From positions 30,814,001 through 30,878,000 of the forward strand of contig OZ038378.1 in NCBI GenBank assembly GCA_964036045.1: DNA of 64,000 nucleotides, given 5' to 3'. Made by a program: the position numbers and the translations under genes. The stretch comes from Eutreptiella sp. 'Long Island Sound 2002'. Its lineage: Eukaryota; Protista; Euglenida. How positions within the stretch are numbered: position 1 is the first letter of the stretch; the number at the start of each line of letters is the position of its first letter. The notes beneath the pieces were generated by a model. That model was not told where the DNA came from, did not search any database, and worked only from the letters and a program-made list of their open reading frames with translations. Below, in pieces: positions 1-14,300 of the stretch.

Positions 1-1132
1 TTTAGGTTGATGTGGTCAATATCACATGTTGTGTGCAACACAGGTGTGCCGCACCAATGATGCAAGGAAGTTAGTCAAATGTCTTTGATGTAGAAATACT
101 TTTACACTCACAGCTGCCCTCACTCATGGCTACATGGCCACTTTCTGAACAAAGCCGCGCACGGCTACGGCCAGTTTGGCCCTGGTATTTTCAGAACATA
201 GAGCAATGTGAGGTCCAACCTCTTGTTTCTTTTTTGTGAGAGGTGGGTTAGCTTTCCTTACTTTTAGGGGTCTTGCGCGCCTTGAGGAGCTTCTGAACCC
301 TCTGCTTTGCGGTTAAGGGTCGTGGTCCTCGAGGCTCAGCCTTTGTTAGGCGTCGCGGGGGAGGGGGGTCTCGGGCTTGGGCTTTGGCTTGGCCTTGGGC
401 CCCACGAGGAGCTTAGCGGCATGCACGAGCCTTGGCCAACTTTTCGCGATCGAAGGTCTTGGGGTTGGTGGGAAGTGCTGCAACGGCCCGAAGAGGTGCC
501 CCTGATGCCGAGGATGGCAACTGAGGTGCCGGGGAGGCCAAAGATGGGGACTGAGGTGCCGGGGACGGCAACTGAGTTGGCCTAGAGATGGCTGATGGCA
601 ACCGCATGGGATGCCACAGAACTCCTTTGGCCTCCATTCCCATGGGTGGGTGAATGCATCCATCTCGCTGTAGGGGCTACATCTAAAGGGGTCGAAGCTA
701 GTTGCACAATGAGTACCTACAAAGAGCAATAGGTGCACCGGACAAGGGGGTATTGCACCAGTGATGCAATGCCGGCAGGAAGTTCGCTCCAAGCCAATAC
801 TGGTACATGGAGGAAACTTCAGGGGATATGCAGAAATTGACTGACACACACACGTGTCGTGTGGCGCCGGCGCTGAACATCGACAGATAGCGTTAACAGG
901 TGGTTCTGGCAGTAGTTACAGGCGGTTAGCGCCCGCGTTGCCAACTGGAAAGCCAAAATCGGCAAAAATGCAACCGGACTGCACACCGCTCGATGTGCCT
1001 CAAAAATGCGCATTCATCTGTGCAATCGAAAAAAAAAAAACTCCCTTGTAGCATAAATTTTTTCTGCGATGCGCACACGCGCGCCGCCGCGGGGCCCGCG
1101 CCTTTACACGCCCAGTTTGAAAATAATACAAA

Positions 1133-1159
1133 CTAGCCTTCAGCCCGCGCAAATGCGCG
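1133..1159 (-). terminator. Helitron 3' terminus, family B (GC hairpin + CTAG); further copies at 3085-3111, 5036-5062 and 6989-7017
   Basis: Minus strand reads CGCGCATTTGCGCG-GGCTGAAGG-CTAG|T. The 6989-7017 copy has the longer perfect hairpin CCCGCGC-ATTT-GCGCGGG, then CCGATTG-CTAG|T. A subterminal hairpin followed by CTRR and a T is the canonical Helitron 3' end. Confidence 0.85.
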
Positions 1160-1226
1160 CGTAGAAAATTTGGTGCTAGCATCCAATTTTTTCTGATAGA
1201 TGTTGTTGGCTTGAGCATTTAAGTTC

Positions 1227-1832
1227 ATGGCTACATTTAGATTTGAATTTAAATTCCACACTAATCGTACACTGATGGCAACATTTTACACTCACGGCTA
1301 TACTCATAGCTACCTTTTGCTCTCATGGCCACACTCCGGGCTACATTTTTTGCGCACCGCTACTCTCAAGGTTACATTCAAAACTCATGGCTACACCCAT
1401 GGCTACATTTTACGCTCATGGCTCCATTTTACACTTGGTCACACGTACGGCTACATGCGGTTGCATTTTTGCCCATTTTTGCTGTCCAATTGGCGACGCG
1501 GGCTACATGCCTACGCCCACTTATGCCTTAGGTCATGGTTACATTTTACGCTCATGGCTACACTGAGTGTTACATATTACACTCATGGCTACACTCACCC
1601 ATGGGTACATTTTGCACCCATGGTGGTAGGTACAGTTACTTTAACAATTACTTTTACAGCATACCCTTTACATGATACCTTTTACAGGATAGCATTTACA
1701 CATAGGGCTACACGTAGGGCTACATTTCACACCAACGGCTACACTCATGGCTACATTTTACACTCATGGCCACGCTCGGTGCCACATTTTACCTTCATGG
1801 CTACACTCACCCATAGCTACATTCTGCAATAG
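1227..1832 (+). repeat. Degenerate minisatellite (core ACTCATGGCTACA / CATGGCTACATTTTAC) inside each 1952-bp unit; copies at 3179-3784 and 5130-5735
   Basis: Many imperfect copies of catggctaca(c/t) are visible; this produces the spurious 'HGYTH' 201-aa ORFs. Confidence 0.85.
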
Positions 1833-4800
1833 TGGTTGCAAATACAATTACTTTTACGGATACAGTTACCGCATACGCTTTACTAAAATTTAAATGATAC
1901 ATGATAGCTTTTACATGCTCGCTTTAAGGTTTGGGTTCCCAACTTTGCATTTGTGCTTTAGGTTGATGTGGTCAATATCACATGTTGTGTGCAACACAGG
2001 TGTGCCGCACCAATGATGCAAGGAAGTTAGTCGATTGTCTTTGATGTAGAAATACTTTTACACTCACAGCTGCCCTCACTCATGGCTACATGGCCACTTT
2101 CTGAACAAAGCCGCGCACGGCTACGGCCAGTTTGGCCCTGGTATTTTCAGAACATAGAGCAATGTGAGGTCCAACCTCTTGTTTGTTTTTTTTTTGTTAG
2201 AGGTGGGTTAGCTTTCCTTAATTTTAGGGGTCTTGCGCGCCTTGAGGAGCTTCTGAACCCTCTGCTTTGCGGTTAAGGGTCGTGGTCCTCGAGGCTCAGC
2301 CTATGTTAGGCATCGCGGGGGAGGGGGGTCTCGGGCTTGGGCTTGGGCTTGGGCCCCACGAAGAGCTTCGCGGCATGCACGAGCCTTGGCCAACTTTTCG
2401 CGATCGAAGGTCTTGGGGTTGGTGGGAAGTGCTGCAACGGCCCGAAGAGGTGCCCCTGATGCCGAGGATGGCAAATGAGGTTCCGGGGAGGGCGGAGATG
2501 GGGACTGAGGTGCCGGGGACGGCAACTGAGTTGGCCTAGAGATGGCTGATGGCAACCGCATGGGATGCCACAGAACTCCTTTGGCCTCCATTCCCATGGG
2601 TGGGTGAATGCATCCATCTCGCTGTAGGGGCTACATCTAAAGGGGTCGAAGCTAGTTGCACAATGAGTACCTACAAAGAGCAATGGGTGCACCGGACAAG
2701 GGGGTATTGCACCAGTGATGCAATGCCGGCAGGAAGTTCGCTCCAAGCCAATACTGGTACATGGAGCAAACTTCAGGGGATTTGCAGAAATTGACTGACA
2801 CACACACGTGTCCTGTGGCGCCGGCGCTAAACATCGACAGATAGCGTTAACAGGTGGTTCTGGCAGTAGTTACAGGCGGTTAGCGCCCGCGTTGCCAACT
2901 GGAAAGCCAAAATCGGCGAAAATGCAACCGTACTGCACACCGCTCGATGTGCCTCAAAAATGCGCATTCATCTGTGCAATCGAAAAAAAAAACTCCCTTG
3001 TAGCATAAATTTTTTCTGCGATGCGCACACGCGCGCCGCCGCGGGGCCCGCGCCTTTACACGCCCAGTTTGAAAATAATACAAACTAGCCTTCAGCCCGC
3101 GCAAATGCGCGCGTAGAAAATTTGGTGCTAGCATCCAATTTTTTCTGATAGATGTTGTTGGCTTGAGCATTTAAGTTCATGGCTACATTTAGATTTGAAT
3201 TTAAATTCCACACTAATCGTACACTGATGGCAACATTTTACACTCACGGCTATACTCATAGCTACCTTTTGCTCTCATGGCCACACTCCGGGCTACATTT
3301 TATGCGCACCGCTACTCTCAAGGTTACATTCAAAACTCATGGCTACACCCATGGCTACATTTTACGCTCATGGCTCCATTTTACACTTGGTCACACGTAC
3401 GGCTACATGCGGTTGCATTTTCGCCCATTTTTGCTGTCCAATTGGCGACGCGGGCTACATGCCTACGCCCACTTATGCCTTAGGTCATGGTTACATTTTA
3501 CGCTCATGGCTACACTGAGTGTTACATATTACACTCATGGCTACACTCACCCATGGGTACATTTTGCACCCATGGTGGTAGGTACAGTTACTTTAACAAT
3601 TACTTTTACAGCATACCCTTTACATGATACCTTTTACAGGATAGCATTTACACATAGGGCTACACGTAGGGCTACATTTCACACCAACGGCTACACTCAT
3701 GGCTACATTTTACACTCATGGCCACGCTCGGTGCCACATTTTACCTTCATGGCTACACTCACCCATAGCTACATTCTGCAATAGTGGTTGCAAATACAAT
3801 TACTTTTACGGATACAGTTACCGCATACGCTTTACTAAAATTTAAATGATACATGATAGCTTTTACATGCTCGCTTTAAGGTTTGGGTTCCCAACTTTGC
3901 ATTTGTGCTTTAGGTTGATGTGGTCAATATCACATGTTGTGTGCAACACAGGTGTGCCGCACCAATGATGCAAGGAAGTTAGTCGATTGTCTTTGATGTA
4001 GAAATACTTTTACACTCACAGCTGCCCTCACTCATGGCTACATGGCCACTTTCTGAACAAAGCCGCGCACGGCTACGGCCAGTTTGGCCCTGGTATTTTC
4101 AGAACATAGAGCAATGTGAGGTCCAACCTCTTGTTTGTTTTTTTTTTGTTAGAGGTGGGTTAGCTTTCCTTAATTTTAGGGGTCTTGCGCGCCTTGAGGA
4201 GCTTCTGAACCCTCTGCTTTGCGGTTAAGGGTCGTGGTCCTCGAGGCTCAGCCTATGTTAGGCATCGCGGGGGAGGGGGGTCTCGGGCTTGGGCTTGGGC
4301 TTGGGCCCCACGAAGAGCTTCGCGGCATGCACGAGCCTTGGCCAACTTTTCGCGATCGAAGGTCTTGGGGTTGGTGGGAAGTGCTGCAACGGCCCGAAGA
4401 GGTGCCCCTGATGCCGAGGATGGCAAATGAGGTTCCGGGGAGGGCGGAGATGGGGACTGAGGTGCCGGGGACGGCAACTGAGTTGGCCTAGAGATGGCTG
4501 ATGGCAACCGCATGGGATGCCACAGAACTCCTTTGGCCTCCATTCCCATGGGTGGGTGAATGCATCCATCTCGCTGTAGGGGCTACATCTAAAGGGGTCG
4601 AAGCTAGTTGCACAATGAGTACCTACAAAGAGCAATGGGTGCACCGGACAAGGGGGTATTGCACCAGTGATGCAATGCCGGCAGGAAGTTCGCTCCAAGC
4701 CAATACTGGTACATGGAGCAAACTTCAGGGGATTTGCAGAAATTGACTGACACACACACGTGTCCTGTGGCGCCGGCGCTAAACATCGACAGATAGCGTT

Positions 4801-6988
4801 AACAGGTGGTTCTGGCAGTAGTTACAGGCGGTTAGCGCCCGCGTTGCCAACTGGAAAGCCAAAATCGGCAAAAATGCAACCGGACTGCACACCGCTCGAT
4901 GTGCCTCAAAAATGCGCATTCATCTGTGCAATCGAAAAAAAAAACTCCCTTGTAGCATAAATTTTTCTGCGATGCGAACACGCGCGCCGCCGCGGGGCCC
5001 GCGCCTTTACACGACCAGTTTGAAAAAAATAGAAACTAGCCTTCAGCCCGCGCAAATGCGCGCGTAGAAAATTTGGTGCTAGCATCCAATTTTTTCTGAT
5101 AGATGTTGTTGGCTTGAGCATTTAAGTTCATGGCTACATTTAGATTTGAATTTAAATTCCACACTAATCGTACACTGATGGCAACATTTTACACTCACGG
5201 CTATACTCATAGCTACCTTTTGCTCTCATGGCCACACTCCGGGCTACATTTTATACGCACCGCTACTCTCAAGGTTACATTCAAAACTCATGGCTACACC
5301 CATGGCTACATTTTACGCTCATGGCTCCATTTTACACTTGGTCACACGTACGGCTACATGCGGTTGCATTTTCGCCCATTTTTGCTGTCCAATTGGCGAC
5401 GCGGGCTACATGCCTACGCCCACTTATGCCTTAGGTCATGGTTACATTTTACGCTCATGGCTACACTGAGTGCTACATATTACACTCATGGCTACACTCA
5501 CCCATGGGTACATTTTGCACCCATGGTGGTAGGTACAGTTACTTTAACAATTACTTTTACAGCATACCCTTTACATGATACCTTTTACAGGATAGCATTT
5601 ACACATAGGGCTACTCGTAGGGCTACATTTCACACCAACCGCTACACTCATGGCTACATTTTACACTCATGGCCACGCTCGGTGCCACATTTTACCTTCA
5701 TGGCTACACTCACCCATAGCTACATTCTGCAATAGTGGTTGCAAATACAATTACTTTTACGGATACAGTTACCGCATACGCTTTACTAAAATTTCAATGA
5801 TACATGATAGCTTTTACATGCTCGCTTTAAGGTTTGGCTTCCCAACTTTGCATTTGTGCTTTAGGTTGATGTGGTCAATATCACATGTTGTGTGCAACAC
5901 AGGTGTGCCGCACCAATGATGCAAGGAAGTTAGTCAAATGTCTTTGATGTAGAAATACTTTTACACTCACAGCTGCCCTCACTCATGGCTACATGGCCAC
6001 TTTCTGAACAAAGCCCCGCACGGCTACGGCCAGATTGGCCCTGGTATTTTCAGAACATAGAGCAATGTGAGGTCCAACCTCTTGTTTGTTTTTTTTTGTG
6101 AGAGGTGGGTTAGCTTTCCTTACTTTTAGGGGTCTTGCGCGCCTTGAGGAGCTTTTGAACCCTCTGCTTTGCGGTTAAGGGTCGTGGTCCTCGAGGCTCA
6201 GCCTTTGTTAGGCGTCGCGGGGGAGGGGGGTCTCGGGCTTGGGCTTCACCTTGGGCCCCACGAAGAGCTTCGCGGCATGCACGAGCCTTGGCCAACTTTT
6301 CGCGATCGAAGGTCTTGGGGTTGGTGGGAAGTGCTGCAACGGCCCGAAGAGGTGCCCCTGATGCCGAGGATGGCAACTGAGGTGCCGGGGAGGGCGGAGA
6401 TGGGGACTGAGGTGCCGGGGACGGCGACTGAGTTGGCCTAGAGATGGCTGATGGCAACCGCATGGGATGCCACAGAACTCCTTTGGCCTCCATTCCCATG
6501 GGTGGGTGAATGCATCCATCTCGCTGTAGGGGCTACATCTAAAGGGGTCGAAGCTAGTTGCACAATGAGTACCTACAAAGAGCAATGGGTGCACCGGACA
6601 AGGGGGTATTGCACCAGTGATGCAATGCCGGCAGGAAGTTCGCTCCAAGCCAATACTGGTACATGGAGGAAACTTCAGGGGATTTGCAGAAATTGACTGA
6701 CTCACACACGTGTCGTGTGGCACCGGCGCTAAACATCGACAGATAGTGTGAACAGGTGGTTCTGGCAGTAGTTACAGGCGGTTAGCGCCCGCGTCGCCAA
6801 CTTGAAAGCCAAACTCGGCAAAAATGCAACCGGACTGCACACCGCTCGATGTGCCTCAAAAATGCGCATTCATCTGTGCAATCGAAAGAAGAAAACTCCC
6901 TTTGTAGCATAAATTTTTTCTGCGATGCGAACACGCGCGCCGCCGCGGGGCCCGCGCCTTTACACGACCAGTCTGAAATTAATAGAAA

Positions 6989-8347
6989 CTAGCAATCGGC
7001 CCGCGCAAATGCGCGGGTTGCAAACAAAATTTATAGAGTGATAGGGCCGCGTCCTCACAGTTGGGTATCCAGCCTACGCGGTGATCTTATCAGGGTGCAC
7101 TGGTCCCATGGGTAGGGATAGCAGAGGCTCCGCATTGATCTTGTTGTCGGCCCATCACTCTGGGTATGAGACGTTGAAGTTGGATGGCATGTACGGTGTG
7201 AACTGTGGAAGATCTGAGTCCAATATTTCCGGCCAAACAATGTTTTCAATGACCCCATAGTTGTTTGCGTCAACCTGCAAGTCCGCTGTTGTCCATACTT
7301 TGATAGCGCTTGAATTTCCGCAGCGCGATAGAGCAACATAAACTTGACCATGTGAAAACGGTCGGGTTGCCAATAAGAGACCCACTTTGGAAAACGTCTG
7401 ACCTTGGCTTTTGTTAATGGTCATACAGAAGGCTAACTTTACAGGCAATTGGCGACGAATGAATTTGATAGGGAGATCATCATCATCAGATACTCTGAGA
7501 TTAATCCGGGGTATGCAAACGGAGTTTCCCTTCTGTGTTCGTGCTAGCACCGTTGCTTGGATTGTGTAGCGAAGACACGAAGTAACACTCAATCGGGTGC
7601 CATTCATAAGGCCAGCAGCACGATTCAAGTTGCGGATGAGTATTATTGGTGCTCCAACCCTAAGATTGAGGCGATGTTGTGGCATTCCTGATGGGAGTAA
7701 TGTGTTTACGAACTCGTTTGGGTAAATGTTGGATTGGGCTTCAGAATCTTCGCCAAAAAAATCAGCTGACTCATAAACATGTAAATCACGGTTATGCCAC
7801 GATGACAACTGTGTGGCATGGGGCAACTGAGGCCGTGGGATGCCATAGACACTGCACTTCACTGTAGAGGCTACAATAAGGAAATGAAGCGACTTGCCGA
7901 CATGAATACCTACAAAGAGCACTGAGTGCACCGGACAGGGCAGTATTGCACCAGTGATGCAATGCCGGCAGGGAGTTCGCTCTAAGCCGCTCAGGGACAT
8001 AGAGGATCCTTAGGGGATTTGCAAAATATGACTGAAACATGTGCCATGCTGTGCAGCACCGGCGCTGGAGCTAGCAATAACATTGACGGATAGCGTTAAC
8101 AGGTGGTTCTTGCAGTAGTTACAGGCGGTTAGCGCCCGCTCGGCCAACTGAACAGCCAGAATCGGCGAAGATGCAACCGTACTGCACACCGATCGATGCG
8201 CCTCAAAATTGCGCATACATCTGTCAAATAAGAAAAAAAAAGACCGCCTTGTAGCATAGATTCTTTTCTGCGAGGCGCACACGTGCGCCGCGGCCAGGCC
8301 CGCGCCTGGACACGACGATGACGACCAGTCTGAAAATAATAGAAAGA
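6989..8347 (-). mobile_element. Non-autonomous Helitron (family B deletion derivative): 5' TC end, helicase C-terminal coding remnant and 3' hairpin-CTAG
   Basis: Minus strand starts TCTTTCTATTATTTTCAGACTGG at 8347 and ends hairpin+CTAG at 6989. 8347-~7800 is homologous to the 5' part of the 1952-bp unit; 7790-7155 encodes the PIF1 C-terminus. Confidence 0.85.
7155..7790 (-). pseudogene. 5'-truncated PIF1-family (SF1B) helicase C-terminal fragment from a second Helitron RepHel lineage
   Basis: Contains YPNEFVNTLLPSGMPQHRLNLRVGAPIILIRNLN, GLMNGTRL, RRQLPVKLAFCMTINKSQGQTF and FSHGQVYVALSR (PIF1 C-terminal motifs). It is clearly diverged from the family-A RepHel (RRQFPIKLAFALTINRSQGQSF); no Rep domain or N-terminal helicase motifs. 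Confidence 0.92.
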
Positions 8348-11300
8348 CTGGTGCGAATGCCCGCGCTTGAAGCGCGGGCCATATCACCATATCACCATAG
8401 CACCATATCTCACACCGCACCGCATTTCGCATACGCAATACAACACACCTGATGTCCCGTACCTCATATCCCGTGCCACATGACTCATGTCTCAAACATT
8501 ATGTCCCGTTGTACCGTACTCTATGAGTGAAACTTACCCCTCCTAAACTGTACTCTGACACCACATTTGACACCGCAATTCGCATAATCCATATTTACAA
8601 ACACATCACCCATACCTCACACTGTGTACAACATGCACATATCCCGTACCTCATGACTCATGTCTCAAACCTCATATCCCGTACTCTATGAGTGAAATTT
8701 ACCCCTCCCAAACTGTACTCTGACACCACATTTGACACCGCGATTCGCATAATCCATATTTCCAAACACATCACCGATACCTCACACTGTGTACAACATA
8801 CCGCATATCCCGTACCTCGTATCCCGTACCTCATGACTCATGTCTCAAACCTCATATCCCGTACTCTATAAGCGAGAGAACTGTCGCCACTGCTGCCTGT
8901 TGGCTAAAATCGCCAAAAGTCAACAGGCGGGATTCTTCGTGCGGATACCCGGATAATTGATTGTACAGTACATACAGGTTTCCAAAACACACGATTCCAT
9001 GATTTCAGATCGATTTCTCGTGCCAGAAATCGAAATCGCAAATCCGCCAGATGCCATTTGACGGGCACGCGCGCGCGCCAGCAGCAGCGTGCACAATTGG
9101 GAGGAATTTTTGCGTATGACGAACGACGACGAACGACTGAACGAACGAACGACGAACGAACGAACCATACCACAATTAAATGTAATTACTAGTGCGAATG
9201 CCCGCGCTTGAAGCACGGGCCATATCACCATATCACCATAGCACCATATCTCACACAGCACCGCATTTCACATACCCAATACAACACACCTCATGTCCCG
9301 TACCTCATATCCCGTGCCACCTGACTCATGTCTCAAACATCATATCCCGTACTCTATGAGTGAAACTTATCCCTCCTAAACTATACTCTGATAGCACATT
9401 TGACACCGCAATTCGCATAATCCATATTTCCAAACACATCACCCATACCTCACACTGTGTACAACATACCGCATATCCCGTACCTCGTATCCCGTACCTC
9501 ATGACTCATGTCTCAAACCTCATATCCCGTACTCTATAAGCGAGAGAATTGTCGCCACTGCTGCCTGTTGGCTAAAATCGCCAAAAGTGAACAGGCGGGA
9601 TTATTCGTGCAGATACCCGGATGATCGATTGTACAGTAATTACAGATTTTTAAAACACGTGATTTGATGATTTCAGATCAATTTGTCGTGCCAGAAATCG
9701 AAATCGCAAATCCGCCAGATGCCATTTGACGGGCACGCGCGCGCGCCAGCAGCAGCGTGCACAATTAGGAGGATTTTTTGGGTACGACGAACGACGACGA
9801 CGATGACGAACGACGACGAACGAACGAACGAACGAACGAACGAACGAACGAACCTTACCACAATTAAATATATTAACTAGTGCGAATGCCCGCGCTCGAA
9901 GCGCGGGCCATATCACCATATCACCATGGCACCACATCTCACACCGCACAACATTTCGCATACCCAATACAACCCACCTCATGTCCCGTACCTCATATAT
10001 CCCGTGCCACCTGACTCATGTCTCAAACATCATATCCCGTACTCTATGAGTGAAATTTACCCCTCCTAAACTGTATTTACCGTGCGAATGCCCGCGCTTG
10101 AAGCGCGGGCCATATCACCATATCACCATAGCACCATATCTCACACCGCACCGCATTTCACATACCCAATACAACACACCTCATGTCCCGTACCTCATAT
10201 CCCGTGCCACCTGACTCATGTCTCAAACATCATATCCCGTACTCTATGAGTGAAACCTACCCCTCCTAAATTGTACTCTGACACCACATTTGACACCGCG
10301 ATTCGCATAATCCATATTTCCAAACACATCACCCATGCCTCACACTGTGTACAACATACCGCATATCCCGTACCTCGTATCCCGTACCTCATGACTCATG
10401 TCTCAAACCTCATATCCCGTACTCTATAAGCGAGAGAACTGTCGCCACTGCTGCCTGTTGGCTAAAATCGCCAAAAGTCAACAGGCGGGATTATTCGTGC
10501 AGATACCCGGTTAATCGATTGTACAGTACATTCAGATTACATGAATCCATGATTTCAGATCGATTTGTCGTGCCAGAAATCGAAATCGCACATCCGCCAG
10601 ATGCCATTTGACGGGCACGCGCGCGCGCCAGCAGCAGCGTGCACAATTGGGCGGATTTTTTGGGTATGACGAACGACGACAACGACGACGACGAACCATA
10701 GCACAATTAAATATAATAACTAGTGCGAATGCCCGCGCTTGAAGCGCGGGCCATATCACCATGTCACCATAGCACCATATCTGACACCGCACCGCATTTC
10801 ACATACCCAATACAACACACCTCATGTCCCGTACCTCATATCCCGTGCCACATGACTCATGTCTCAAACATCATATCCCGTACTCTATGAGTGAAACTTA
10901 CCCCTACTAAACTGTACTCTGACAGCACATTTGACACCGCGATTCGCATAATCCATATTTCCAAACACATCACCCATACCTCACACTGTGTACAACATGC
11001 CGCATATCCCGTACCGGGTATCCCGTACCTCATGACTCATGTCCCAAACCTCATATCCCGTACTCTATAAGCGAGAGAACTGTACTCTACGAGTGACATT
11101 TACCCCTCCTAATAACTCATGTCTCAAACATCATATCCCGTACTCCATGAGTGAAATATACCCCTTCTAAGCTGTACTCTGACACCACATTTGACACCGC
11201 GATTCGCATAATCCATATTTCCAAACACATCACCCATACCTCACACTGTGTACAACATACCGCATGTCCCGTACCGGGTATCCCGTACCTCATGACTCAT

Positions 11301-14300
11301 GTCTCAAACCTCATATCCCGTACTCTATGAGCGAGAGAACTGTCGCCACTGCTGCCTGTTGGCTAAAATCGCCAAAAGTCAACAGGCGGGATTATTCGAT
11401 CGATTGTACAGTACATACAGATTTTTGAATCAAATGATTCCATGATTTCAGATCGATTTCTCGTGCCAGAAATCGAAATTGCAAATTCGCCAGATGCCAT
11501 TTGACGGGCACGCGCGCGCGCCAGCAGCAGCGTGCACAATTGGGAGGATTTTTTGGGTATGACGAACTACGACGACGAACGAACGAACGAACGAACCATA
11601 GCACAATTAAATATAACTAGTGCGAATGCCCGCGCTTGAAGCGCGGGCCATATCACCATATCACCATAGCACCATATCTCACACCGCACCGCATTTCGCA
11701 AACCCAATACAACACACCTCATGTCCTGTACCTCATATCCCGTGCCACATGACTCATGTCTCAAACATCATATCCCGTACTCTATGAGTGAAATGTACCC
11801 CTCCTAAGCTGTACTCTGACACCACATTTCACACCGCGATTCGCATAATCCATATTTCCAAACACATCATCTATGCCTCACACTGTGTACAACATACCGC
11901 ATATCCCGTACCTCGTATCCCGTACCTCATGACTCATGTCTCAAACCTCATATCCCGTACTCTATGAGTGAAACCCACCCCTCCTAAACTGTACTCTGAC
12001 ACCACATTTGACACCGCGATTCCCATAATCCATATTTCGAAACACATCACCCATGCCTCACACTGTGTACAACATACCGCATATCCCGTACCGGGTATCC
12101 CGTACCTCATGACTCATGTCTCAAACCTCATATCCCGTGCTCTATAAGCGAGAGAACTGTACTCTATGAGTGACATTTACCCCTCCTAATGACTCATGTC
12201 TCAAACATCATATCCCGTACTCCATGAGTGAAATTTACCCCTCCTAAACTGTACTCTGACACCACATTTGACACCGCGATTCCCATAATACATATTTCCA
12301 AACACATCACCCATACCTCACACTGTGTACAACATACCGCATATCCCGTACCAGGTATCCCGTACCTCATGACTCATGTCTCAAACCTCATATCCCGTAC
12401 TCTATAAGCGAGAGAACTGTCGCCACTGCTGCCTGTTGGCTAAAATCGCCAAAAGTCAACAGGCGGGATTATTCGACCGATTGTACATTACATACAGATT
12501 TTTGAAACAAATGATTCCATGATTTCAGATCGATTTCTCGTGCCAGAAATCGAAATCGCAAATTCGCCAGATGCCATTTGACAGGCACGCACGCGCGCCA
12601 GCAGCAGCGTGCACAATTGGAAGGATTTTTTTGGTATGACGAACGACGACGACAAACGACGACGACAAACGACGAACCATAGCACAATTAAATATAACTA
12701 GTGCGAATGCCCGCGCTTGAAGCGCGGGCCATATCACCGTATCACCATAGCACCATATCTCCCACTGCACCGCATTTCACATACCCAATACAACACACCT
12801 AATGTCCTGTACCTCATATCCCGTGCCACATGACTCATGTCTCAAACATCATATCCCGTACTCTATTAGTGAAACTTACCCCTCCTAAACTGTACTCTGA
12901 CACCACATTTGACACCGCGATTCGCATAATCCATATTTCCAAACACATCACCCATACCTCACACTGTGTACAACATACCGCATATCCCGTACCTCGTATC
13001 CCGTACCTCATGACTCATGTCTCAAACCTCATATCCCGGACTCTATCAAACATCATATCCCGTTCTCTATGAGTGAAATATACCCCTCCTAAGCTGTACT
13101 CTGACACCACATTTGACACCGCGATTCGCATATTCCATATTTCCAAACACATCACCCATGCCTCACACTGTGTACAACATACCGCATATCCCGTACCTCG
13201 TATCCCGTACCTCATGACTCATGTCTCAAACCTCATATCCCGTACTCTATAAGCGAGAGCGCCACTGCTGCCTGTTGGCTAAAATCGCCAAAAGTCAACA
13301 GGCGGGATTATTGGTGCAGATACCCGGATAATCGATTGTGCAGTACATACAGTTTTTCAAAACACATGATTCCATGATTTCAGATCGATTTCTCGTGCCA
13401 GAAATCGAAATCGCAAATCCGCCAGATGCCATTAGACGGGCACGCGCGCGCGCCAGCAGGAGCGTGCACAATTGGGCGGATTTTTTGGGTATGACGAACG
13501 ACGACGACAAACGACGACGACGAACGACGAACCATAGCACAATTAAATATAATAAGATAACTAGTGTGAATGCCCGCGCTTGAAGCGCGGGCCATATCAC
13601 CATATCACCATAGCACCATATCTCACACCGCACCGCATTTCGCAAACCCAATACAACACACCTCATGTCCTGTACGTCATATCCCGTGCCACCTGACTCA
13701 TGTCTCAAACATCATATCCCGTACTCTATGAGTGAAATGTACCCCTCCTAAACTGTACTCTGACACCACATTTGACACCGCAATTCGCATAATCCATATT
13801 TCCAAACACATCGCCCATACCTCACATTGTGTACAACATACCGCATATCCCGTACCTCGTATCCCGTACCTCATGACTCATGTCTCAAACCTCATATCCG
13901 GTACTGTATCAAACATCATATCCCGTACTCTATGACTGAAATATACCCCTCCTAAACTGTACTCTGACACCACATTTCACACAGCGATTCGCATATTCCA
14001 TATTTCCAAACACATCACCAATGCCTCACACTGTGTACAACATACCGCATATCCCGTACCTCGTATCCCGTACCTTATGACTCATGTCTCAAACCTCATA
14101 TCCCGTACTCTATAAGCGAGAAAACTGTCGCCACTGCTGCCTGTTGGCTAAAATCGCCAAAAGTCAACAGGCGGGATTCTTCGTGCAGATACCCGGATAA
14201 TCCATTGTGCAGTACATACAGGTTTTCAAAACACGTGATTCCATGATTTCAGATCGATTTTTCGTGCCAGAAATCGAAATCGCAAATCCGCCAGATGCCA

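Larger units (their letters stand above)
1..6988 (-). mobile_element. Head-to-tail tandem array of a ~1952-bp non-autonomous Helitron (family B): 3 full units plus a partial one running off the window start
   Basis: Near-identical sequence recurs with a period of 1951-1953 bp (e.g. ORFs at 1227/3179/5130). On the minus strand each unit ends in hairpin CGCGC-ATTT-GCGCG + GGCTGAAGG + CTAG (CTAG at 1133, 3085, 5036). Each unit begins TTT(C/G)TATT..TTTCA, and its first ~550 bp are homologous to the 5' part of the element at 6989-8347. Confidence 0.85.

Noticed and set aside
1146-1177. Possible plus-strand Helitron end (hairpin followed by GGTGCTAGC)
   Set aside because: This CTAG is further from the hairpin, is followed by C rather than T, and is absent at the 6989 terminus; the minus-strand reading explains the unit boundaries.
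1227-5735. Three 201-aa 'HGYTH'-rich ORFs
   Set aside because: They are translations of a degenerate minisatellite on the strand opposite the element, with no domain motifs.
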